Source: Octopus sinensis
Lineage: Eukaryota
Length of the DNA stretch: 64,000 nt
Direction of reading: 5' to 3'
NCBI RefSeq assembly: GCF_006345805.1
Contig: NW_021834580.1
Coordinates: 1 to 64,000 of the forward strand
Under the pieces are notes generated by a model, which searched no databases, was not told the origin of the DNA, and saw only the letters and a list, made by a program, of their open reading frames with translations. The position numbers and the translations under genes were made by a program. Shown piece by piece: positions 49,690 through 62,639 of the stretch. Within the stretch, counting starts at the first letter, position 1. Each line of letters starts with the position of its first letter.

Positions 49690-50202
49690 GTAAGTTTATG
49701 AATTTGTGTTGCAAGATTCCTGATGTGAAACTGTGTGTTGAAACAGATATTGCTGTATTTCGGGACGGTAATGGGTTTTGGGTTTTTTTTTTTTAATCGT
49801 CCTCTACTCGTTTATTACTGTTCTTATTCTAACTCATGTCCCTAAGACTACGCGAGACAAGAGCACACACGAGGACGGAAAGTGTCGCTGAAGAGATCAC
49901 AGACAATGGACATAAGGACAGCAATAAATGAGTGAAGAACGAATATATGGTGCGTGGTTTTGGTTTTTTTTAATCGTCCTCTACTCGTTTATTACTGTTC
50001 TTATTCTAACTCATGTCCCTAAGACTACGCGAGACAAGAGCACACACGAGGACGGAAAGTGTCGCTGAAGAGATCACAGATGTGTGACGAAAGATTTCCG
50101 GACAATGGACATAAGAACAGCAATAAATGAGTGAAGAACGAATATATGGTGCGTGTGTTTATTTGGTAAAAAAAAAAAAGACCGTCCCGAAATACAACAA
50201 TA
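49690..50202. mobile_element. Penelope-pLTR/retrozyme-like module: inverted end plus ~177-bp tandem duplication
   Basis: 49795-49955 repeated at 49971-50155; 22-bp inverted repeat 49748-49769 / 50181-50202. Confidence 0.65.
50060..50104 (+). ncRNA. putative type I hammerhead ribozyme
   Basis: Stem I TGTCG/CG(G)ACA, CTGAAGA 50065-50071, stem II G(A)TCACA-GATG-TGTGAC, GAAA 50089-50092, self-complementary AGATTT, predicted cleavage after TTC (50098). Confidence 0.65.
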
Positions 50203-51002
50203 ATAAAAAGTAGTATTTCGTTATGGGTATAAAATGTGGAGAAACTAAAGATGATTGAGTAGTGCTTTTTCTTTGGTCAATCGAGAAAGATCATGTGTAA
50301 AGCTATTGTTGAATCATATTAATACAATATTGCGTACAATTCATGTAACTTTAAGCAATTAACAGCTGTTGTTCAAAAGCCTGCTCAATCCATCTTCTCG
50401 TATTAAAATTTGTTCGTTTATACTCTACGGATATTTGCAGATTTCCACAAGTATATCCAATAAACACGTTCTGTTGTGTGATAAAATTTGGTACCTGATA
50501 CCTAGAGAAGAGCTTTGAAAAGCACACTATAAAGTTATTACCCAGATTATACATATGTATCACAGAAAGCTCCCCTCTCTCTCTCTCTCTCTCTCTCTGT
50601 ATATATATATATAGATATATATATATATATATATATATATAGTAACTGACGTACGCGGTTCCGTTCTCATAACTATTTCGCTAATCCAATAACAATAATA
50701 CACTGTATGTAGCCCTTTAAACGGTTTTTGTGCATTTACAGAGAATACCGAACTTGGATCTTGTTTTTAGGAATCCCCAATAAGTGCATAGGATCAGATT
50801 GGTTTCGTTGTTTTAGATGTCTATGCGAGCAGTCATATGTATCCATCTCAGCTCTCTTAACTCTTAACCCGGCGGAATATAAAGGATGTGACAGGTGGGG
50901 GAGAGAAGGCTTCAACCAACAATTGCCTGGTACTCATTTTTAGTCGGGTAGACTGAAGCAACGTAACATGAAGCGCTTTGGTCGAAGATATAAAGTACTT
51001 GA

Positions 51003-51386
51003 AGAAGCACTCCGTCGGTTACGACGATGAGGGTTCCGGTTGATCCGAATCAACGGAACAGCCTGCTCGTGAAATTAACGTGTAAGTGGCTGAGCACTCC
51101 ACAGACACGTGTACCCTTAACGTAGTTCTCGGGGATATTCAGCGTGACACAGAGAGTGACAAGGCCGACCCGTTGAAATACAGGTACAACAGAAACAGGA
51201 AGTAAGAGTGAGAGAAAGTTGTGGTGAAAGAGTACAGCAGGGATCACCACTATCCCCTGCCGGAGCCTCGTGGAGCTTTATGTGTTTTCGCTCAATAAAC
51301 ACTCACAACGCCCGGTCTGGGAATCGAAACCGCGATCCTACGACCGCGAGTCCGCTGCCCTAACCACTGGGCCATTGCGCCTCCAC
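51003..51386 (-). mobile_element. SINE family C
   Basis: Full-length match. Confidence 0.92.
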
Positions 51387-52404
51387 ATAAAGTACTATTC
51401 AGACCACGAAAAGCAAGAGAAAGCAACATGTATATTGAGAAACCATAACTGTGTTCTATTATAATACCAATCATTACAAGGTTACTTTATTGGAATATAA
51501 AAATGACACTAGCACTTAACGAGGACTTAATTCCACTTGAAGCCCCGATATATGAAAAGTAAAGCTGACCTCAGTGAGATTTGAACTCTGGATGAGAAGG
51601 ACCGTAAGTAAATACAACAAGGATTCTAAATCTTTCCAGTCTAGATTATTAAACAAAAATCAATTGGATATGTCCGCTTACCATACTTATTGAATTTAAT
51701 CGAATGACACATGTAGCAACTTGTGAGTTCTGGCGTTTCAATTGCTGATTGACCTAAAACGATAAATGAAAATCAATTTACGTGTACACACATGCACACA
51801 CACGCACACCTATATGTATGTGTGTTTGCAAGTATGTTTATGTGTGTGTGTGTATGCATATATATATCATATATACATATATATATATTATCTATATACA
51901 CTCATGTGTATATATATATATAATATTAAATAGATATATATATATATTACATACAATATATATTTGTATATATATATATAAAATTATAAGTTTAAATATT
52001 TAAATAATTTTTATTTTTAACTTTATATTTTTTATATTTTTTATATTTTTTATATATTTTATATATTTTATATATTATATATATTTTATATTTTATATTT
52101 TAATTAATTTTATGCATTGGCTATGTTTTTCACTGTTTGATTTGCCAATAGTGGTTTTATCTCTAATTTAATATAATATAATATAATATATTTATACTAT
52201 AAAATTGGATTTAATCCTAAATCTCATTTTCCCTGTAAGTTGAATTTATCCCTAATATTATATATATATATATATAAGTTTAAAAATTAAGGATAACCTC
52301 TTAATAAGGGATCTTAACAAGAAATATCGGGTAGTTATGCGTGAAAACCTCATAAAAGAAGAATTCGAAAATAACTTTTTTCTTTTGAACAAATTAATTA
52401 TATC

Positions 52405-52556
52405 TATATTGTATAGAGGGCATATACACATAAATGCCCCACACTAAGAGGGACAAAGTCATTACTACCAAAATTATACTAAAGTATATTTGGTAGTAAT
52501 GACTTTGTCCCTCCTATGAGGCATTTATGTGTAATAATGCCCTATATACAATATAT

Positions 52557-52557
<1 letters not shown>
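52405..52557. repeat. about 150-bp fold-back palindrome
   Basis: Perfect 25-bp arms 52448-52472 / 52489-52513, imperfect extension to about 70 bp per arm. Confidence 0.85.
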
Positions 52558-52598
<41 letters not shown>

Positions 52599-52870
52599 TA
52601 TATATATACATATACATACATATTGTTGACACATTTTTAAAAAAAAAAACTACAATTAAAGTTCTATCTGAAGCAGTCTGTAATGATGTCAAAACTGTTT
52701 ACCTAGATTATTAAACGGAAATCAATTTGTATGTACTGTCATCATATTTACTGACGTTGAATCGAACGCCACATGAAGCAACTTGTGTATGTATACGTCC
52801 TGGTTCCACAATTGTTTACATTATAAGCTAAACAAAAATCAATTTATATATGTACTATTACCACATTTTA

Positions 52871-53159
52871 CGGATATTTTCGGTTTGAACGGCAGTTTTT
52901 TCTAGCGGTGTCATATTAAAATTGTCACCCATAATTATGACCCTAGTATCGATCTATTGCATTTCAATCTATTTTAGGGTTAGGGGTGGGGGAAGGGTAT
53001 CTTTTTTTTCTTCACAAATGTAAATAAACCCAATCTGTTTTTTTAAACGAGGAACATATTCATACGGCACAGAATGTTGTTTACCTCAATGGACGTCAGT
53101 GATTGGTTGAAATTGCAGAAATTGAAGAAAAAAACTGCCGTTCAAACCGAAAAGATCCC
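52871..53159. mobile_element. MITE, second (internally deleted) copy, 9-bp TSD
   Basis: TSD CACATTTTA at 52862-52870 and 53160-53168; 9-bp TSD is compatible with the Mutator superfamily. Confidence 0.85.
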
Positions 53160-53175
53160 CACATTTTAATTCACT

Positions 53176-53220
<45 letters not shown>

Positions 53221-53889
53221 CATTGTTGATACAACTATTTACTGAAAATTTTAAACGAGAATGAAGCTAACAGTACTGTTGTTTCCACACTTTCATTGAA
53301 CCGTATGAAATGTCACGCGAATCAACTTGTGTGTCCTCATGTCACATCTGTTTCCGTATGCCTCACAACTGTACTATCTCGTGCAAAGTGAATACTCCCA
53401 ATTATCTGCCACTTCAAACACTGTAGACCTCGTAAAGTACAACTTTTTCCAACATATCCATCTTGACTTGTAATCAATACTATTTGACATTTATCTGCGT
53501 TTCGGATTTTATTTTGTATTTTTTTCAAAATTCAGTTTTTTTTGTTGTTTTTTTTTTTTTTTAAACATTTAAACATGCAGAAGTGAACTATAAGTATCAT
53601 TAAGCTACGTCGTGATATATATCACATTATCAGATCAGTGAAGTAGTAAAAGTAGCTTGCCTGTCTTTCAGTGAATAGTTGCAGATATTTATGTTCTGAG
53701 TTCAAATCCCTTCGGCGGTAACTTCGTCTTTTAGTCTTTCGATAAAAGACTGCAAAATAAGCATCAGTGATCAAAATCTGTTTTACCATTACCATCACCT
53801 CCACATCTTACCAACTGTAACTTTGACCTTGTACCATAATTAAAGGACATTGCATTGGTAATAATATCTGCATCTAACTAACCAACAGG

Positions 53890-54562
53890 CACTTCGTCGG
53901 TTATGACGACGAGGGTTGCAATTGATCCGATCAATGGAACAGCCTGCTCGTGAAATTAACGTGCAAATTGCTGAGCACTCCACAGACACGCGTTCCCTTG
54001 ACGTATTTCTCAGGGACATTCAGCGTGACACAAAATGTGACAAGGCTGTACAACTCATTTTTGCAAGCTGAGTGGGCTGGAGCAACATGAAATAAAGTGT
54101 TGTGCGCAAGGCGTAGGAGTGGCTGTGTGGTAAGTAGCTTGTATACGAACCACATGGTTCCGGGTTCACTCCCACTGCGTGGCACCTTGGGCAAGTGTCT
54201 TCTACTATAGCCTCGGGCCGACCAAAGCCTTGTGAGTGGATTTGGTAGACGGAAACTGAAAGACGCCCGTCGTATATATGTATATATATATATGCGTGTG
54301 TGTGTTTGTATATCTGTGTTTGTCCCCCCAACATCGCTTGACAACCGATGCTGGTGTGTTTAGAATAAGTACTGAGCTTACAAAGAATAAGTCCTGGGGT
54401 CGATTTGCTCGACTAAAAGGTGGTACTCCAGCATGGCCACAGTCAAATGACTGAAACAAGTAAAAGAGTAAAAGGTAAGGATCTAACGCGCCGCAAGGCA
54501 TCGAACTCGCGACCTTACGATCCTTAGCTGAATAACCTAACTACTAAGCCACGCGCCTCCAC
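53890..54562 (-). mobile_element. chimeric SINE (D-type head/core plus C-type tail) split by SINE A at 54108-54475
   Basis: Head 54490-54562, D core 54050-54107, C-like tail 53890-54045. Confidence 0.75.
54108..54475 (+). mobile_element. SINE family A
   Basis: Match to family A with an internal deletion. Confidence 0.88.
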
Positions 54563-54732
54563 TGTAGTACTGTCTACAAATCTACCTATTTTCCTGCATA
54601 CAAGTTGAAGCCTTCAGACCAAAATTTACAGCCAAAAAAAGGTAGGCCGACTTATAGACAATGGTGATATTTGAGGTCCAAAAACTCCGTGTGAAATACA
54701 GCAGGATTTGAAAAGTTGTAACGGTATTTCAA

Positions 54733-55498
54733 AGGCGGCGAGCTGGCAGAAATATTAGCACGCCGGGCGAAATGCTTAGCGATATTTCGTCTGCGTTACG
54801 TTGTGAGTTCAAATTCCGCCGAGGTCGACTTTGCCCTTCATCCTTTCGGGGTCGATAAATTAAGTACCAGTTACGCACTGGGGTCGATGTAATCGACTTA
54901 ATCCGTTTGTTCCCTCTGTGTGTAGCCCCTTGTGGGTAGTAAAGAAATAGGTATTTCGTCTGCGTTACGTTGTGAGTTCAAATTCCGCCGAGGTCGACTT
55001 TGCCTTTCATCCTTTCGGGGTCGATAAATTAAGTACCAGTTACGCACTGGTGTCGATGTAATCGACTTAATACCTATGTCTGTCCTTGTTTGTCCTCTCT
55101 GTGTTTATCCCCTTGTGGGTAATAAAGAAATAGGTATTTCGTCTGCGTTACGTTGTGAGTTCAAATTCCGCCGAGGTCGACTTTGCCTTTCATCCTTTCG
55201 GGGTCGATAAATTAAGTACCAGTTACGCACTGGTGTCGATGTAGTCGACTTAATACCTATGTCTGTCCTTGTTTGTCCTCTCTGTGTTTATCCCCTTGTG
55301 GGTAATAAAGAAATAGGTATTTCGTCTGCGTTACGTTGTGAGTTCAAATTCCGCCGAGGTCGACTTTGCCTTTCATCCTTTCGGGGTCGATAAATTAAGT
55401 ACCAGTTACGCACTGGTGTCGATGTAATCGACTTAATACCTATGTCTGTCCTTGTTTGTCCTCTCTGTGTTTAGCCCCTTGTGGGTAAGAAAGAAATA
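54733..55498 (+). repeat. SINE B tandem array (1 full copy plus 3 head-truncated 183-bp units)
   Basis: GGTATTTC junctions at 54950, 55133, 55316, 55499; outer TSD GGTATTTCAA. Confidence 0.92.
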
Positions 55499-56112
55499 GG
55501 TATTTCAACGTATACAACTACATTTTTACACTGTACATTGCATCGACTTGTATGCCGGAAAATACGGTAAGTGTGTGGTGGGTAGAGAAATGGTGAAATT
55601 AAAGAATTCTAAGTTTTAGCTTCATTAAATAAAGCTATGATGGATTTCTCCAATTTCGTTGCTTTATTTTTAACCCCCCGAAGTTATTATGTTGTCACAT
55701 TCATCATTCTGATAATAATTGTTATTTCTTAAACTGCCAAACGAAACATCTGATAACGTGTTTATCTTCCTTTCAAATTTCTCTCTCTGTGTTTTTCTGT
55801 CTGGCTAGCCAGGCAGTTGTCTATCTGCCTATTTAGCTATCAGTCAATCTGTCTGTGTGTCTATCTATTAATCCACCTATCTTTCATACTCCAAGTCAAA
55901 TTTTCTACTTCTCCCCTCTACATCTCTCTCTCTCTCTCTCTCTTCACCCTCTGTTCTCCTCTTATACTTATTCCCCCGCTCCCTCTCTTCCCCCTTCTCT
56001 CTTTCTCTCTACTTCTTTGACTTGCTTACATCTTTTCTTATTCTCTTTTTATTCCTCTCTCTCTTTCTCTCTCCTCCTTTATCTCTCTCTCTTACTATCT
56101 CTCTCTCTCTTA

Positions 56113-56171
<59 letters not shown>

Positions 56172-56349
56172 GCTACCTAGCTGCCTATCTAATTCACGAC
56201 TTATTCCCTTTCACTCTTTACATGCCTTTCTCTACTTCTTTCTCCACATCTCTATCGATTGATCGATCATTTTCATACACTATATATCTAGCATTTGTTT
56301 TCCCCATTTTCTCTCTCTCTTTCTTTCTCTCCTTTTCTCTCTCCTACTC

Positions 56350-56405
<56 letters not shown>

Positions 56406-56449
56406 ATGCACCTCCACCTCCACACACGATTTGTCTGCTTTACTATTTG

Positions 56450-56810
56450 ACATTTTGACTGCTGCCTGTTTTGACTATTCGCCTGTTTGCCTGGCTGCCT
56501 AAATCATTGTCTATGCGTCCGTTCGTCTATTTGCCTTACTACTAACTGACTGCCTATTTGCCCGTTCCTCCATTTTGCTAGGCTGTTTAAATGATTGTCT
56601 ATTTATCTGACTGTCTAAATGTTAGTCTATTTACACGTTCGTCTACTTGTCTAGCTGCCTACCTGCCTGAGTATTATTTGCCCGTTCGTCTTTTTACCCG
56701 ACTGCCTAAACGATTGTATATTTACTGGTTCATCTATTTATTTGCCTGACGGCCTAAATGATTGCCTATTTGCACGTTTCTTTTTTTTTTTTCTTTGCCT
56801 GACTGCCAGA
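56450..56810. repeat. degenerate TGCC/CTAT-derived minisatellite
   Basis: Recurring GACTGCCTAAATGATTG..TATTTGCCCGTTCGTC motifs. Confidence 0.6.
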
Positions 56811-56956
56811 TTATTTATCCGATCGTTTATCTGCCTGACTATTTAACTGATTGCGTATTTGTTTATTTATAACTATTAAAACCATCGGTGGCTGATCAGT
56901 TATATTAAGGTAAACATGAACAGGATTTAGGAGCTGTGATGACCAAGTATTTTTCG

Positions 56957-57695
56957 AGCTGGCAGAAGCGTTAGCGCGCCGGGCGAAGTGCTTACCGGTA
57001 TTTCGTCTGTCGTTACGTTCTGAGTTCAAATTCCGCCGAGGTCGACTTTGCCTTTCATCCTTTCGGGGTCGATAAATTAAGTACCAGTTACGCACTGGGG
57101 TTTAATGTAATCAACTTAATCCCTTTGTCCTTGTTTGTCCCCTCTATGTTTCGCCCCTTGTGGGCAATAAAGAAATATATTTCTCTGACATGACTTCAAT
57201 ATAGAATCGATAAAGGATCTGTTTCTTTATTACCCACAAGGGGCTAAACATAGAGGGGACAAACAAGGACAGACAAACGGATTAAATCGATTACATCGAC
57301 ACCAGTGCGTAACTGGTACTTAATTTATCGACCCCGAAAGGATGAAAGGCAAAGTCGACCTCAGCGGAATTTGAACCCAGAACGTAACGGCAGACGAAAT
57401 ACGGCTACGCATTTCGCCCGGCGTGCTAACGTTTCTGCCAGCTCGCCGCATCGATAGAGGATATGTTTCTTTATTACCCACAAGGGGCTAAACATAGAGT
57501 GGACAAACAAGGACAGACAAACGGATGAAATCGATTACATCGACACCAGTGCGTAACTGGTACTTAATTTATCGACCCCGAAAGGATGAAAGGCAAAGTC
57601 GACCTCGGCGGAATTTGAACCCAGAACGTAACGGCAGACGAAATACGGCTACGCATTTCGCCCGGCGTGCTAACGATTCTGCCAGCTCGCCGCCA
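56957..57695. mobile_element. three SINE B copies: 56957-57180 (+), 57222-57449 (-), 57465-57695 (-)
   Basis: Matches to family B; ATCGATA(A/G)AGGAT at 57206, 57450 and 57703. Confidence 0.9.
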
Positions 57696-58329
57696 TATAT
57701 GTATCGATAAAGGATCGTTAATTTTGTAACAGCTTGATCCATTTTCTTAATCGAGAACCATCCATAGATCCGAAGCCCAAATCAATTTCCTTAGTGGTAA
57801 GTAGGAGAGCGGTAAACATCCCCCTGGACAAGTCACTGATCCACTGTAGGTAAACTTTCCCGATTAGAAGAACGGAAATTTTCGTTAGCAGCCAACGAAA
57901 CACTCGTCAAAAATACTATGCTGCAACTATTTGCTTTATCTATGCATGCATACAAATATACATACATATATCTAAAATAAATACTACATGCATACCTATA
58001 TTACACCATCCCTCTCTCTGTCTTTCTCTTGCTCCCTTCTCTCTCTCACTTACTCGCTCGCGTGCGCACTCACAAACATACACACACGCCGATTTATATA
58101 TTTTTAATCTTGTAAAGTCACGAATTCATTATTTTGAAGTGACATTGAATTGAAAGCAAGGTAAAAGTTTTGTGAGATAGATGGATGTGCAAACAGACAG
58201 ACAGATGGGGAGAAACAAACAGATATGCTGAAATACTGAAGTGTGAGAATGTGTGTCAACCTAGACACTAATTAATTACATTAATTATTCTAAAAAGTTC
58301 TCACTGTGAGAATATAGCTGTCGCTGCTA

Positions 58330-59279
58330 CTAAAATATTTGTGACGTTTTCCACATTTTAGTAGTAAGCTTGGATTTTAACACTTTTACAGGTTCTGTGT
58401 TGAAAACTAGGTCTTTGAATTCTATGGTTCCACATTCAGAGGCTGTAGCAGATGATAATTTTCGTTCTAAGTTTTCGTTTGGATGTGTTTTCATTGTTTC
58501 TTGTTCTGTGTTTTGTTGATTTAATACCAGATTTGAAGAAGATACGGCAAGGTTTCGTGCTAAAGAACTTAGAGTCCTTTGTAGTCCTTTGTAACTCAAA
58601 ACAGTTACATTGATTGTCTTTGGAGAAGATATGTGACACCATATTTTAGACTTAGCCTTCGTTTCCACATCGTAGTTTTACCCCCATGTTTCGTGCTGTC
58701 ATCAAATCGGAAGTTGGTAATATGTCTTCATTGAATTCAAACGCCTCTAGCTGCTTTTAGCAGACTTCCATCTTTCTTTCCTTCAAATAGGACGTCAACT
58801 GCTGAAGTACCTAGTTTGTACGCTCTTTCTGATACATAAAATCTTTCATCACCTTCTATAAATGCAGGTAGCTCATCAGTCCGTACACGTCAATTCATCC
58901 ACTCGCTGGGGACTCGAGTCAATTGTTACAAGTAATGGTTACCCATTGCAGAGTTTGTATTCAGTGTTGGTTTCTTCTTGTTTCAAACTTCATCCACCAG
59001 CTGGCGTTTTTCTTATCGGTGACGTCATTTCCGTAAACAACTTGTTGCCTTCTGTAGATTTAGGACAGCGTGGACCACTAGACCATTCCTTAGTTAAAAA
59101 CTCAATGACAGCACAATGTTTCTGCCTGGAATCCATAATTTGTCTGCAATGAAGAACAGGAAGTAATTTTAGTATAAAGGATGGGTTTTTTTTCTCTACA
59201 AACATTTGCAAAGTGAAACAGTCCAGTCAGTTCATAAAAATGTACTGTCAACTTTTGATTATTTTCGGTACAACCTTCG
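58330..59279 (-). mobile_element. mariner-like transposon 5' part, highly degraded
   Basis: TIR-like CGAAGGTTGTACCGAAAAT; MDSRQKHCAVIEFLTKE; HETWG*NYDVETKAKSKIWCHISSPK. Confidence 0.75.
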
Positions 59280-59281
59280 TG

Positions 59282-59345
<64 letters not shown>

Positions 59346-59429
59346 TGAGAGAGTAGTTTGTATGTAGATATCTATGTTCCAATGCATGAATGTATGTATA
59401 GTACTAATATAGATTAATGAATAAACGTA

Positions 59430-60250
59430 TGTTATGTACATATGTATGTATATTGCTAATATGGATTCATATATGAATGTATGCTATGTATGTATACATG
59501 TATGTATGTATACATGTATGTATGTATACATGTATGTATTATACATGTATGTATGTATACTGTATTATGTGCTGTATGTATGTCTGTATGTATGTATGTA
59601 TGTTGGTACTGTATGATGTATGTATGTATGTATGTAGTATGTATGATATGTATGTATTATATATGTATGTATGTACGTCATGTATGTATGTATTGCATTT
59701 ATGTATGGATGTATACATGTATGTATGTATGTATGTAGTATGTAACATGTATGATGGATGTATGTATGTATGTATGATGTATGTTTAGGATGCATTTATG
59801 TATGTATGTATCTATGTATGTATGTACGTAGTATGTATGTATGCATTTATGTATGTATGTATGTATGTATGTATGTGTGTATCTGTATGTATGTATACAT
59901 GTATGTATGTTGTATGTATGTATGTATGTATGTAGGTATGTATGCATTTATGTATGTATGTATGTATGTATGTATGTATGTACGTATGTATGTAGTATGC
60001 ATTTATGTATGTATGTATAATGTATGTATGTATTGTACGTATGTATGTATGTATTGCGTTATACGTTTATCTCTTTTTAACACATGTATACAAGTGGTGA
60101 ACATTTATGTATATCATAGCATTATAGTGTTAATGTATGTATTAATATAGTATATAATTAGCATATGTATGTATGCATGAGTATTATATGATGTTTTAGT
60201 ATATATACATGTATGTATGTATTGGTGGAGTGATGATGTAGGAAATGTAT
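59430..60250. repeat. long degenerate (TATG)n array
   Basis: Direct reading. Confidence 0.93.
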
Positions 60251-60769
60251 GTAGAAAGTATACTTTATGTTTGTAGGTATATGTGTGTATGATATTTTTT
60301 GTGTATAGAACATTTGCACAAATTGATGTGGTGAAAATCAAATTAAGTCATAGCATTATTTAAATCTGAACTTAAAACAACGACAAAAGGATACAAAAGA
60401 ACAATTCTGTTTAGAATATATCCATATATATGGTCGCGACTTTGAATGTGGCGCTATGTATGTTTGGTTTATAAGTTGTATGGTGTTGCATTGGTGGATG
60501 GTAAGGTCGGAGGCCATTTTCATTGTCAGGTCTGCTGCAATGAAAACTGTTTATGATCTATTCACGTTTTCTTCAAGATGGGCCTTAACGTGACACGACC
60601 AGTTCTCAAAATTCTAAACATTGATTTGCTTGTTTTATCATTTGCTAATAGCGTGAGGAATTGAGAAAACACACACACGATTTATTATTTATATATATAC
60701 TATATATCGTATACTATATATATATATATATATATATATACATACACATACATACACGCACACACACAT

Positions 60770-60800
<31 letters not shown>

Positions 60801-60825
60801 CGTATATATGTAATCACTTATATAT

Positions 60826-61245
60826 AGGCGTAGGAGTGGCTGTGTGGTAAGTAGTTTGCTTACGAACCACATGGTTCCGGGTTCAGTCCCACTGCGTGAC
60901 ACCTTGGGCAAGTGTCTTCTATTATGGCCTTGGGCCGACCAAAGCCTTGTGAGTGGATTTGGTAGACGGAAACTGAAAGAAGCCTGTCGTATATATGTGT
61001 ATATATATATATATATAGTGTGGTGTGTGTATATGTTGTGTTGTCTGGGTTTGTCCCCAACATCGCTTGACAACCGATGCTGGTGTGCTCACGTCCCGTA
61101 ACTTAGCGGTTCGGCAAAGAGACCGTTAGATAGAATAAGTCTAGGCTTACAAAGAATAAGACTGGGGTCGATTTGCTCGACTAAAAGGTGGTGTCTCCAG
61201 CATGGCACAGTCAAAGACTGAAACAAGTAAAAAGAGTAAAAGAGC
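60826..61245 (+). mobile_element. SINE family A
   Basis: Match to family A. Confidence 0.9.
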
Positions 61246-61475
61246 ATATGTGTGTGTGTGTGTGTGTGTGTGTAAATATACATATATATATATTCTTTTA
61301 TTCTTTTATACGTTTCAGCCCTAAGGTTGTGACCATGCTGGGGCACATGAATAGAAATGACTTTTCTGATAATTTTGACGCTTTAATAATTAGATGTATA
61401 CATTTCCAAATGTATAATACTGCACCGCGGACATTCTATTTCTAATTCTACTATATATATATATATATATATATA

Positions 61476-61792
61476 AGGGTAAAGGCCTCCTTCGGTCTTG
61501 AATGACCATGGGATTGAACCTAGAAAGTTCCGCTCCGAGGTACAAACCGGGGAAAGATTGTTTATGGAAGATCACAGTCGCCCATGAATACCAGCCTCAC
61601 CACTCCACACCACTGATGTCGTCCAAGGGAAAGACAAAGGCTGATACATCTTGGCACCAATGACGTCGCAACGCATTTCTACGGCTGAGTGAACTGGACC
61701 AACATGAAATAACGTGTCTTGCTCAAGAACACAGCACTTGGTTCGAGAATCGAACTCACTACCTCATGGTTGTGAGCCCGATGCGCACCTTC
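61476..61792 (-). mobile_element. SINE family D long-tail variant
   Basis: Homologous to 850-1183. Confidence 0.78.
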
Positions 61793-61800
61793 ATCTATCT

Positions 61801-61949
<149 letters not shown>

Positions 61950-61950
61950 T

Positions 61951-62019
<69 letters not shown>

Positions 62020-62639
62020 AACTTACTTGGAAATGGATGCGTGCCGTTCGATCATATAATAATATATATAATATATATATATATATATGCATATATACAT
62101 ACATACATGTACATACCTGCATATATATGTATATACACATGCATATATGGGTACAGGACGTCAAAAAGACGTGAACAACATGAAAAACGAGAACATGAAA
62201 ATACAAAAACATGGAAAACGAACTTTTTTTGAACAGTGAAAGAAACAAATACAGAAACGAGATAAGTAACATAAAGAACAGTCCCTTCATCTGTTGCTCC
62301 CAGTCTTATCTACTCCGCGTTTCGACGTTCGAAATGCGGAGTGTGTGTGTGTGTGTGTGTCTGTGTGTGTGGTGTGTGTGGTTGTGTGGTGTGGTCTGTC
62401 TGTCTGTGTTGTGTGTGGTGGTCTGTTGTGTGTCTTGTGTGGTGTGGTGTGTCTGTGTGTGGTGTGTGTGTTGTAAGTGAGTGAGGGTGTGTGTGGGTGT
62501 GGTAAGTGAGTGAGTGTGTGTGTGTCTGTGTCTGTGTCTGTGTCTGTGTGTGTCTGTGTGTGTCTGTGTGTGTCTCTGTGTGTGTGTGTGTAAGTGAGTG
62601 AGTGAGTGTGTGTGTGTGCGTGTGTATGCGTTTGTGTCT

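Noticed and set aside
49715-49770. CTGATGTG..GAAACAG-ATATTG-CTGTA second hammerhead candidate
   Set aside because: A9 is absent in both available copies and stem I cannot be formed, although a stem III-like helix exists.
54950-55499. CRISPR-like periodic array
   Set aside because: Units are near-identical 183-bp SINE pieces without unique spacers; eukaryotic context with no cas genes.
57733-57796. Candidate 64-bp host exon (AG..GTAAGT, LIHFLNREPSIDPKPKSISLV)
   Set aside because: Weak polypyrimidine tract, no recognisable homology and no partner exons; expected by chance. Spliced RNA-seq reads would be needed.
60411-60534. Candidate minus-strand terminal exon after TTTTCATTGCAG
   Set aside because: Only 40 codons, no recognisable similarity.
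62280-62335. GAAAC..CAGATGA hammerhead-like arrangement on the minus strand
   Set aside because: Core mutated and no consistent stems in type II or III topology.
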